Below, one piece after another: positions 8,832 through 16,485 of a DNA stretch of 42,972 nucleotides (positions are counted from its first letter, which is position 1; the number at the start of each line of letters is the position of its first letter). Source of the DNA: Dehalococcoidia bacterium (GTDB lineage: Bacteria > Chloroflexota > Dehalococcoidia > SM23-28-2 > RBG-16-64-32); contig DAOUMF010000067.1 of the NCBI GenBank assembly GCA_034411955.1, positions 1 to 42,972 of the forward strand, given 5' to 3'. The translations under genes and the position numbers were made by a program. The notes under the pieces are model-generated. The model saw only the letters and a list, made by a program, of their open reading frames with translations, did not search any database and was not told the DNA's origin.

Positions 8832-11282
8832 CTAGTCCGCTACCCCGGCACCGCTCAGGGTCACTGTCTCAGGCATCCTGTAGATGGTCACCTCAGCATT
8901 CTCGAAGGCCAGCTCCATGAACCGCCCGAACTTTGCGAGCCCCGTGTGCCCATACTGTTGCCGTTCGAAGGGCCCCACGTACACGTACTCGATATCGTAC
9001 TTCTCCAGGACGGCCCGGGCCTCGTCCACCGATGTCGTCGTATACGCTCGCGCGACATCCTCCGTGCGTCCCTGGAGCGGCTCGTCGGACCCCCTGTAGC
9101 CTTTCTCGTGTATGTACCACCCCAGCACCGTCGGCAAGCCAGTGCGAGAGGAGACGCGTCCAGCCTCCGAGTAAGCGTCCCCCACCGCTTCCAGGATCAC
9201 CGGCGCTCCGTCCACGTTCTCGTTGAGCCAGCGGATCGCCTCGTACTCGGAAGGGTTCGAGCTGCGGGCGAAGGCGAGGCCGTCCAGCGTTTGGGGCCTA
9301 TCGAATCCGTCTGTCCGGGCGAGGGTGGCGGTCAGGGGATAGACGAGTCCCGCCAGTATCAGCAGGACGGCTACCCCCGCCCAGGTGGGGCCGCCCAACC
9401 GGGCAACCAGGCTGCGCATCTCCCGCTGCAGCCCGCCGACCTCCAGGCGCGACGACACGTAATAAAGGGCGAAGGCGCCGCCCACCGCCAGGAACAACCA
9501 ACAATGGTGAAATACCTTGAACACAGTGTTGGTGCGCGGGCCGTCAAAATGGTCCAACTGGAAGAAGAGCTCTACGCCCAGCAGGAGCAGCACGCTCACC
9601 CCGACCGCGGCCACGGCCAGCAGCAGGCCATCGCGGTCCTCCCCTTCCTCCCCCAACGCCCGTACGAACGCCAGGCCGGCGGCCGCTACCAGCGCCGCAA
9701 GGAGCGCCAGGGTCAGGAGGTTGGCCTCCCGCAGCTCAAGCTCGCCTGCCAAGTGATTGAGGCTCGGATGGCCGACAATGTGCCAGCCGAGGGGATTCCA
9801 GCCTATATCCGCTCTCAATTGGGCCGCCACCAAGAACGCCCACAAGGCCACCGGCACGACCGCCGGCAGGAGCGCCCACGCCCCCTTCCAGCCGAGCCGC
9901 GACAGCCAGCGCCAGCTCAGCGGCGCGATGAGGAGGCCCGTACCCAACCACAGCAGGTTGCCCATCGTGAGGAACAGGTGCTTGGGCTGCGTGATCATGC
10001 TGTCCAGGGGCAGGCCCGGCTTGGCTATCGCCTCCACCGGCGCCAGCGACCATAGCCCGCCGCTCGACGTCCAGTAGAACGGAAGATACAGAATGATCGA
10101 TCCGACGGCGAGCGGAATGACAAACGAGGCGGTGTCCAGGATCGCCCGCCGCAGGGCGCCCTCCCGTTCCCTCCAGTTGCGGGCGAACACGACCAACGCC
10201 AGCAGGGCCAGGGTGGGCGGGTAGCTCCAGGCGTTGAGGAAGCTCAGCGACCCTAGGATCAACATCACCAGGACGAACGGGAGAGGGTGGCGCAGCGACC
10301 ACCACGCATCGAGCCTCTCCTTGGTGCGCAGCAGGTTGAAGCCCGTGCCCATCGCCAGCAGCGAGAACGGCATCACCATGACGTGGGGATGGAGGTCGCC
10401 CAGGAGGAAGCTGAAAAATGGGAACTCTTTGATGTCAAACGTGGAGGGCACCCGCGTACTCCGCCACCACCAGAAATGCTCCGTGGGGTACCACGCAGTG
10501 CTGCTCTTGTCCGCAGTCAGGCCCTCTATGTCAGCCCACTCGTACAGGGCAGACGGGCCCAGCCCGTGCACGGACATCAACTCCAGCACGCCGACCATGT
10601 TGCCGAGGATCGCGACCAGGACGACCGCCACCAGGCCGAAGGCGATGGCCCGGCGCACGCTCCCGGCGGAAGCGACGAGGTTGTACACTACCCCGAAGGC
10701 CACCGTCACCGTGAGGGCGGCCGTCAGAGCCAGGGCCACGTTGAAGCCCACGGCCGCGGACACCCCCGTGATCTTGATGAGAGCGCCCGCCATCACGAAG
10801 CCGAAGTAGTAGTAGCTGAGGGAGAAGGGCGTTAGCCAGGGATCGTGGGCGGGAAACTGGTCCGTTCGAAGGACGGCGTTCAGGAATGCGAACTCATCGG
10901 GCTTCTCGGTCCCGGCGATCTCCGGAACGAATGACCGCAGCCACACCGCCGCGAAAAATGCCGCTGCGAAGAGGCCCTCCACCAACATCAGATAGGGCCA
11001 ATGCTCGGCCAGAAAAGTGGATATCTCTTGGCGGCGCCGTCCCCAGATGACGACGCCGACCACCGCCAGCGCGCCCAGGATCAGCAGGGCCGCTCCCCGG
11101 CTGTTGCCTATGATCCCGATCGTGGCGCCCATCCATAGGACGTAGGCCAGCAGCAGGAGGCCAAGGGCCTTGGTGAAGGCGTATCCGCGATCAGGCAGTC
11201 CGCGAAAAACGGAAAAGGCTACGGGGAACGAAGCTGCGCCACCGATGGTGACAACCAGCCACCAGGAGAGTACCTCTGCCAT
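8832..11282 (-). CDS. chlor_Arch_YYY (TIGR03662 / DUF2298) polytopic membrane protein, paralog C
   Basis: 816-aa hydrophobic ORF. Motifs: FRGLPDRGYAFTKALGLLLLAYVLWMG, TEKPDEFAFLNAVLR, AHDPWLTPFSLSYYYFGFVMAG (YYY codons about 10806-10814), RVSSRTGLPTVLGWYIHEKGYRG, and IEYVYVGPFERQQYGHTGLAKF...VTIYRM. Its stop lies 12 nt upstream of the paralog B start. Confidence 0.85.
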   Translation of the reverse strand: MAEVLSWWLVVTIGGAASFPVAFSVFRGLPDRGYAFTKALGLLLLAYVLWMGATIGIIGNSRGAALLILGALAVVGVVIWGRRRQEISTFLAEHWPYLMLVEGLFAAAFFAAVWLRSFVPEIAGTEKPDEFAFLNAVLRTDQFPAHDPWLTPFSLSYYYFGFVMAGALIKITGVSAAVGFNVALALTAALTVTVAFGVVYNLVASAGSVRRAIAFGLVAVVLVAILGNMVGVLELMSVHGLGPSALYEWADIEGLTADKSSTAWYPTEHFWWWRSTRVPSTFDIKEFPFFSFLLGDLHPHVMVMPFSLLAMGTGFNLLRTKERLDAWWSLRHPLPFVLVMLILGSLSFLNAWSYPPTLALLALVVFARNWREREGALRRAILDTASFVIPLAVGSIILYLPFYWTSSGGLWSLAPVEAIAKPGLPLDSMITQPKHLFLTMGNLLWLGTGLLIAPLSWRWLSRLGWKGAWALLPAVVPVALWAFLVAAQLRADIGWNPLGWHIVGHPSLNHLAGELELREANLLTLALLAALVAAAGLAFVRALGEEGEDRDGLLLAVAAVGVSVLLLLGVELFFQLDHFDGPRTNTVFKVFHHCWLFLAVGGAFALYYVSSRLEVGGLQREMRSLVARLGGPTWAGVAVLLILAGLVYPLTATLARTDGFDRPQTLDGLAFARSSNPSEYEAIRWLNENVDGAPVILEAVGDAYSEAGRVSSRTGLPTVLGWYIHEKGYRGSDEPLQGRTEDVARAYTTTSVDEARAVLEKYDIEYVYVGPFERQQYGHTGLAKFGRFMELAFENAEVTIYRMPETVTLSGAGVAD

Positions 11283-11315
11283 AACACAGGGCCGCCCCTG
11301 GGCGGAAGCTGCCCG

Positions 11316-12110
11316 CTAGGGGCCGCCGTGCTTAAGATTGTACCTGCCCCGTAGGTTGTTGAACCACATCAGCAGCACTTGCCCCAGCATCCGGTACGAG
11401 TCCATTATCGGCCTGACGTTGCGCGTGGGCATGTACCGCCACGTTACAGGGATCTGCTTGATTCGGTGGCCGCGTCTCCTAGCCAGCACCAACAGCTCTA
11501 CGTCGAAGGCCGTCACTCGTGGCCCCTTCACGTCTCGGTCAGAGGAGGTGAAAACGACGAGACTGCGGAAAAGATCTCGCGCCACCTCTTTGCGGAAGCC
11601 CTTGAAGCCGCATTGCGTGTCATCAAACCCCGGCAGGAGCAGCAACTGGATCAAGTAGTTGAACGCCTTTCCCATCCAGCGCCGCGTCCACGGCGCACCG
11701 ATTCGCACGGCGCCCTTCGCTTCCCGCGAGCCCACGACGATGTCTGCTCCCTCGTCCAGCGCCTTGATGGCATCGGCCAAATGGTCCAGAGACGTGGCCA
11801 GATCCATGTCCATGAACAGCACATAGCGTCCACGCGCTGCCTGGATGCCGCTGGCCACAGCATGTGCCTTCCCTTGATGCCCCTGTCGGATCAGCCGTGC
11901 GCACGGCTCTCCCTCCACGACGGCCTCCACGAGGTCCGCCGTCTCATCCCCGCTCCCGTCATCGACCACGATCACCTCGTACTGGTAGCCTTGCCCGCGG
12001 AGGTAGTCAACGGCCGTCGACAGCGTCCCCTGCCGGACATGGCGCTCCTCGTTATACGCCGGGATCACCACCGACAGGGTAGGCTCGTCTGACTCGCTAC
12101 CCCGGCTCAT
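11316..12110 (-). CDS. family 2 glycosyltransferase, Dpm1/Alg5/GtrB-like (probable polyprenyl-phosphate hexosyltransferase)
   Basis: 264-aa ORF with GT-A motifs LSVVIPAYNEERHV, VVDDGSGDETADLV and FMDMDLATS (DxD). It overlaps the upstream GtrA-like ORF by 14 nt and ends 33 nt before paralog C. Confidence 0.88.
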   Translation of the reverse strand: MSRGSESDEPTLSVVIPAYNEERHVRQGTLSTAVDYLRGQGYQYEVIVVDDGSGDETADLVEAVVEGEPCARLIRQGHQGKAHAVASGIQAARGRYVLFMDMDLATSLDHLADAIKALDEGADIVVGSREAKGAVRIGAPWTRRWMGKAFNYLIQLLLLPGFDDTQCGFKGFRKEVARDLFRSLVVFTSSDRDVKGPRVTAFDVELLVLARRRGHRIKQIPVTWRYMPTRNVRPIMDSYRMLGQVLLMWFNNLRGRYNLKHGGP

Positions 12111-12687
12111 GGCCCTCAGGTGCCCGGCGAAAGATCAACTGGGTGTCCCAGGTCCAGTTCCAGGCGAAGGCCACCAGCACGCCTACGGGCACCGCCAGGA
12201 CGTGGTGCAACCCCACCGCGATGACCAGCACGTTCACCACGGTCGTCATGATGCCGCCGGTCGAGACAAGCGCCTTGCCGTTGAATTGAGCGAAGCGCAG
12301 CCACAGGGGCTTCTTGACGACAGTCCGTTCGCGGAACGTCCAGTTGGTGTGGGCCGTGAAGCTGGCGATGATCGCCAGTTCCGCCGCCAGCAGCGTGGAA
12401 TAGAGCAGGCGAGCATCGGTGTGGGTGAAGAAGACCATCCGGAGAGACGTGTCTTTGGCGGGAAGGAACCCGAGCAAGGGAGAATCGTAGGCCACGAACA
12501 GGGTCGTCTGATACGTCAGATAGCCGCCCGCTCCGACCAGCAGGAACTTGGCGAGCGTCTTCAGGCCAGCCCGCCTGCGCAGCAGCGCTTCCCGCAGAGT
12601 CGCCATGAGCGTGGCTCGAACCCCCACGGCTCCCGTGCCCGAACCTCCCGCCAGCGGGTCGTCTACCAGTTCGTCGCCCCTATTCAA
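12097..12687 (-). CDS. GtrA-family small membrane protein (putative lipid-linked sugar translocation/accessory protein)
   Basis: Four predicted hydrophobic helices. GtrA-like pattern: KFLLVGAGGYLTYQTTLF ... FTAHTNWTFRER ... FAWNWTWDTQLIFR. The N-terminal ~27 codons may not be translated; an alternative start is MATLREALL. Confidence 0.75.
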   Translation of the reverse strand: MNRGDELVDDPLAGGSGTGAVGVRATLMATLREALLRRRAGLKTLAKFLLVGAGGYLTYQTTLFVAYDSPLLGFLPAKDTSLRMVFFTHTDARLLYSTLLAAELAIIASFTAHTNWTFRERTVVKKPLWLRFAQFNGKALVSTGGIMTTVVNVLVIAVGLHHVLAVPVGVLVAFAWNWTWDTQLIFRRAPEGHEPG

Positions 12688-12765
12688 CGTCCTTCACCTT
12701 GGCCAGACCAGGCGATTTCATCGTAACCGAACCGTGTCGGTGCGCGCTCCACTGGCCTCTCCCGG

Positions 12766-13566
12766 CTAGCCGCCCACATGCTCCGTGGAGAGCTCCCGGC
12801 TCGCCTCAGGCACAGACTGGGGCTTGACAGCCACACAGGCGATGGATGTCCCCAGCGGTAGGTCAAGACGGGACAGCCAGCGCGCCTCGCCCCGGACAAC
12901 CCAGCCCAGGACCCTGTTGACGGGGGGCGGGACCAGCGCATAGTCCATCTTGCGGCTCGGGTTTCGCCGCAGGAGATGGCCCACCTTCACGAGGAAGAAA
13001 AGGGGCACCAGCAGCGGCAGGTTGATGTATGTTGCCCGCGCTCTCTCCAGCCCGGCAGCTCTCGTCTTCTCCTTCACCTCACCCAGACTGTAGCGACGAA
13101 CGTGGTGACACTGCTCGTCTCGGCGGCTCCACAGGAACTGAAAGGCCGGTACTGTGAAGATGATGGCGGCGCCCGGTCTCGCCACGCGATGCATCTCCCG
13201 CATGGCGTCCACATCGTCCTCCACGTGCTCCAGGACGTCGATGCTGGTAACCAGATCGAACAGCCCATCTCCGTATGGCAGCCGGGAAGCATCGCCCAAG
13301 CATGCCGAGTCGATGCCCCGCTCGCAGCAATACGTCACCGCCGTCGGGGAAACGTCCACCCCGTAGCCGCGACCCGCCTTCCCCAACTCTTTGAGAGTCG
13401 CCCCGCCGCCACAGCCGATGTCCAGGATCATCGGCTCTTGGCCGCCCTTGCCGTACCTTTTCCACAGCCTGCTGACGAGGGCACGCCGGCCCACGGACCA
13501 CCACCACCGGTCCTCATTCAGCACGTCGTATACAAAGTCTTCCATGTTTGGCCTCGTCCCCTCCAC
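12766..13566 (-). CDS. class I SAM-dependent methyltransferase
   Basis: Motif I ILDIGCGGGATLKELG, post-I YGVDVS, and DLVTSIDVLEHVEDD. The ORF opens at GTG 13566. The ATG at 13545 (MEDFVYDVL) has a GAGG 6 nt upstream and is an equally good start. Confidence 0.85.
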   Translation of the reverse strand: MEGTRPNMEDFVYDVLNEDRWWWSVGRRALVSRLWKRYGKGGQEPMILDIGCGGGATLKELGKAGRGYGVDVSPTAVTYCCERGIDSACLGDASRLPYGDGLFDLVTSIDVLEHVEDDVDAMREMHRVARPGAAIIFTVPAFQFLWSRRDEQCHHVRRYSLGEVKEKTRAAGLERARATYINLPLLVPLFFLVKVGHLLRRNPSRKMDYALVPPPVNRVLGWVVRGEARWLSRLDLPLGTSIACVAVKPQSVPEASRELSTEHVGG

Positions 13567-13721
13567 TTGCCGCCGGCCAAGGGGATCGGGAAGCGAATCT
13601 TAAGTCGCCCTGTCCGCTGTGTCAACGCAACATGCGTCAGGCGCGTTTGCGCCTCGACCTTTGGACGCGTCGGAGGGCCGAATCGTTATCAGCACGGCGC
13701 GCCAGCCCGCACAGCCTGCAC

Positions 13722-13844
13722 AGCGTCTACGTGGGCTGGCTGGAAAGGGAGAGGTACGGCGATGGGGGCCTCGCCAAGTTCGCCGACTTCCTGGATGGCG
13801 TCTTCCAGAAGCGCGAGGTCACCATCTACCGCGTGTCGGAACCG
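13722..13844 (+). pseudogene. relic of the C-terminal end of a fourth YYY/DUF2298 paralog, on the opposite strand from the intact copies
   Basis: Inside the otherwise junk-like ORF 13548..13901, the segment SVYVGWLERERYGDGGLAKFADFLDGVFQKREVTIYRVSEP aligns by eye with YVYVGPFERQQYGHTGLAKFGRFMELAFENAEVTIYRMPE (paralog C) and YVYVGPAERQVYGEDGLSKFERSFEAVYTSSSVTIYRVPN (paralog B). No membrane domain lies upstream. Confidence 0.6.
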
Positions 13845-13998
13845 ACCGAAGGGTCTGCGTTAGCGGGATCGCTCCGCCGTAGCCCAACCCGCAAAAGTTG
13901 ACGCCAGCGCCGTAGCCGTAGAGGACGGCGGTCACGGACACGACCCACCAGCCGTAGAAGCGCTCGCGAGCTCTGCTGGCCAGGCTCAAGCCAGGCAC
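13819..13998 (-). pseudogene. possible relic of an MFS-transporter N-terminus (59 codons, then runs antisense into the YYY relic)
   Basis: Hand translation from GTG 13998 gives VPGLSLASRARERFYGWWVVSVTAVLYGYGAGVNFCGLGYGG. After that the sequence becomes non-membrane-like and reaches TGA at 13819-13821. The FYGWW(I/V)V...G..(Y/F)G motif is typical of MFS N-termini, but the match is short. Confidence 0.3.
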
Positions 13999-14002
13999 CG
14001 CC

Positions 14003-16474
14003 CTAGATGATCACCCCCTCAGGTGTGGCTCTCCCATCGAGCGCCGCGAGTTCGTCCGCGGTCAAGAGATTCTCTCGGTTGAGACCGGCGGTACGGGCGC
14101 ACCCCACCAGGACGTGGGCCCACGTGCACCGGTTGACGAACAGCATACCGCCGATGCTCAGTGTGCCGCCCTGGTTCACGAACCCCAGAGCCGCCGTTCG
14201 ATCGCCTGTGTTTAGGGGGTGCAGCGTCCCCAGTAGCGGCTCCGGCCGGGTGTGGGTCACGAAAACGCGGGCTGGCACGTCGGCAGGGTAGAGCTCCTCC
14301 CGCAGGTTCGCCGGCGCCGCATGGGCCCGCTCCCCCTCGCTGCGGGGCGCTCGGAACCGCCCGGGCTCCAGGATGTACACCACACGGTGCCCGATGTCCC
14401 GCTCCGCCAGCCGCAGCGAAGCCCTTATCACCTGCTCCAGTTGGTACGCGCCGATCGCCGTCAGCACTACCTTCGCCTGGTCTGGTCTGTGGCTGGCCCA
14501 GTCCAGCCGCAGAGCCCCCGCCTCCGCCAGGCGGGTCGCCTCCTCCGCCGTGAACAGATCCGCCACCACATCGGCCTTCGGCACGACGAGCGTCCAGATC
14601 TGCCCGCGTGTCTGGTAGACCTCGTTCATGACGGCGGCGGCCGTGTTGTAGTCGGCGACGAACATCACCCTGGACACGTCCGAAGGCTCACCCAGCATCG
14701 CTTCGGCCATCACGGGGTCTTGGTGGGACTGTTCGTTCTTGCCGTTCTCCCAGGCGTGGGAAGCCAGGACGAGCGGTATCGAGAGCCAGTCCTGCTGCCG
14801 GCGTGACTCCTTCAGATGGTTAGCGAAGATGATCTCCTGCCGCACGACCCCGTGCATCTTGGCCCCGAACGCCTCATAGGTGACGATGATGTTGATTCCC
14901 CCTTTGTTCGCCAGCGCGGCGGCAGCCACCGCCTCCTCGTTCAGAGCTGTGATCACGGCCCCGTTGATATCCTCCGGGATCCCGCGTTCCGGGGCGGTGA
15001 CCCGGAACTTGAGCGCGTCCAGGGTCTCCTGCATGCGGTTAGACCGCATCTCGTCAGGGTTGCCGATGCGGGGCCGTAAGTGCGGATTGGCCCGCACCGT
15101 GGCCAGAAACATCGCGTCCACGGCCCGCATCGGTGATGATCGGGTCCAGCGGGATGGATCGCGTCGGTCCTCGGCGAGCGGCCGCGAGAGCGGGACGGGC
15201 AGCTCTTGCAGCTTCACGTCGCGGTGCGTCAGGGCGTGGTCCCGCTCCTGCGGCCGGCGAGACACCTCGTGATGCCGGAGCTTGCCGATGGCGTCCTCTA
15301 GCTCGGCCGCCGGGACCCATAGCCGGCGGGCGCTCTCGTTGAACCGCTCGGCGGCCACGGTATCCGTGTGCGGGTTGGCGCCCAGAGGCAGATTGTGGGC
15401 CAGGTTCGTCCCGGCGCCGTAGAAGCCCGCGCCCTTCGGGGCCACCGCAATTCCATACGGCAGCGGCACCGGGTATGGGCTCTCGCCGGCGCTGACGGCC
15501 TTGGCGGCGGCCTCCAGCCGCTCCTCCATCTCGAAGATAGCCCAGGCGAAGGCCGCCGGGTCCCGACCGTCGAAGACGAACGGGTCGAAGCCGTGGAGCC
15601 TCAGGTGCTTCACGAACCAGTCGATGCCGCCCTGCTGCGACATCGTCGTCCTCTGATCGATTCGCCGTCCGTTGGCGATCATTATCGGGGTTGCCAGCCC
15701 GCAGTCCTCACTCCGCCACCAGCGGGGCGCCCAGTCGCTGCCCCGCTGCTCCTCGAACGCCCCGTCGCTCAGGAAGACGACGAGCCGCTCCCCCGGCAGG
15801 GGCATGTGGACGTATTGGAGCTCTGTGAACCCCAAGTAGCCGCCCTCCACCAGCCCGCCCGCGGTGTGGGCGTTGACGTGGCTTCCCAACGGCGAGTCCT
15901 GCTTCCCGTCCTCTCGCAGGCGATAGGAGTAGAAGTCACGGACGTAGCGGGTGAGTCCCTCGTCGCTCACGGAATAGCGGTTGGCGTGGGCAGGGGTCAT
16001 GTTGTCCAGCAGGACGTTGACCGAGTCAACGGCGGCCACGCAGTGGCCCTGCCCCATGATCCAGGCCCGCGTGTGTCCGGTGATGCCGTTGACGGCCATG
16101 TAGCCCGCGTAGGCGGGCACCATGTTGAGGGCGCCTCCGGTGTGCCCCTGCGGGTCCGCCTTGAAGTCCTCGGGCCCCAGATCACGCCCGTCCAGATAGA
16201 CGTTGCGGGCGTAGGTTTCGTGCACGACCAGCCACATGGCAGCGCTGGCCACTCGGTCAGCGGCGTAGAGCAGATCGAACAGCGGCACGCCGTCCCCACG
16301 CGCCTCTCGGGCGTCGAGCAGCTCCGCCATCGCGAACACCCGGGCTTGCGTCTCTACGGCGTGGTCGATCGCCTCGTAGCCTGCGGCCCACCGCTCGGCG
16401 GCCGGGTTATTCTTGCGATAGAGGGCGACCCATTCTTGCGTGCGGATAGCATCGGCGCTTTCGCTCTGGAGCAT
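14003..16474 (-). CDS. xfp: phosphoketolase-family ThDP enzyme (divergent xylulose-5-P/fructose-6-P phosphoketolase)
   Basis: 823-aa ORF of the right length and architecture. DPQGHTGGALNMVPAYAGYM...AWIMGQGHCVAAV corresponds to the canonical GHWGT...N...A......IMGPGHG. VEGGYLGF corresponds to EGGELGY, and LSDGAFEE to GDGEAETG. The RBS AGGGAGGA overlaps the stop of ackA, which lies 11 nt upstream. Confidence 0.8.
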   Translation of the reverse strand: MLQSESADAIRTQEWVALYRKNNPAAERWAAGYEAIDHAVETQARVFAMAELLDAREARGDGVPLFDLLYAADRVASAAMWLVVHETYARNVYLDGRDLGPEDFKADPQGHTGGALNMVPAYAGYMAVNGITGHTRAWIMGQGHCVAAVDSVNVLLDNMTPAHANRYSVSDEGLTRYVRDFYSYRLREDGKQDSPLGSHVNAHTAGGLVEGGYLGFTELQYVHMPLPGERLVVFLSDGAFEEQRGSDWAPRWWRSEDCGLATPIMIANGRRIDQRTTMSQQGGIDWFVKHLRLHGFDPFVFDGRDPAAFAWAIFEMEERLEAAAKAVSAGESPYPVPLPYGIAVAPKGAGFYGAGTNLAHNLPLGANPHTDTVAAERFNESARRLWVPAAELEDAIGKLRHHEVSRRPQERDHALTHRDVKLQELPVPLSRPLAEDRRDPSRWTRSSPMRAVDAMFLATVRANPHLRPRIGNPDEMRSNRMQETLDALKFRVTAPERGIPEDINGAVITALNEEAVAAAALANKGGINIIVTYEAFGAKMHGVVRQEIIFANHLKESRRQQDWLSIPLVLASHAWENGKNEQSHQDPVMAEAMLGEPSDVSRVMFVADYNTAAAVMNEVYQTRGQIWTLVVPKADVVADLFTAEEATRLAEAGALRLDWASHRPDQAKVVLTAIGAYQLEQVIRASLRLAERDIGHRVVYILEPGRFRAPRSEGERAHAAPANLREELYPADVPARVFVTHTRPEPLLGTLHPLNTGDRTAALGFVNQGGTLSIGGMLFVNRCTWAHVLVGCARTAGLNRENLLTADELAALDGRATPEGVII

Positions 16475-16485
16475 ATCGTCCTCCC

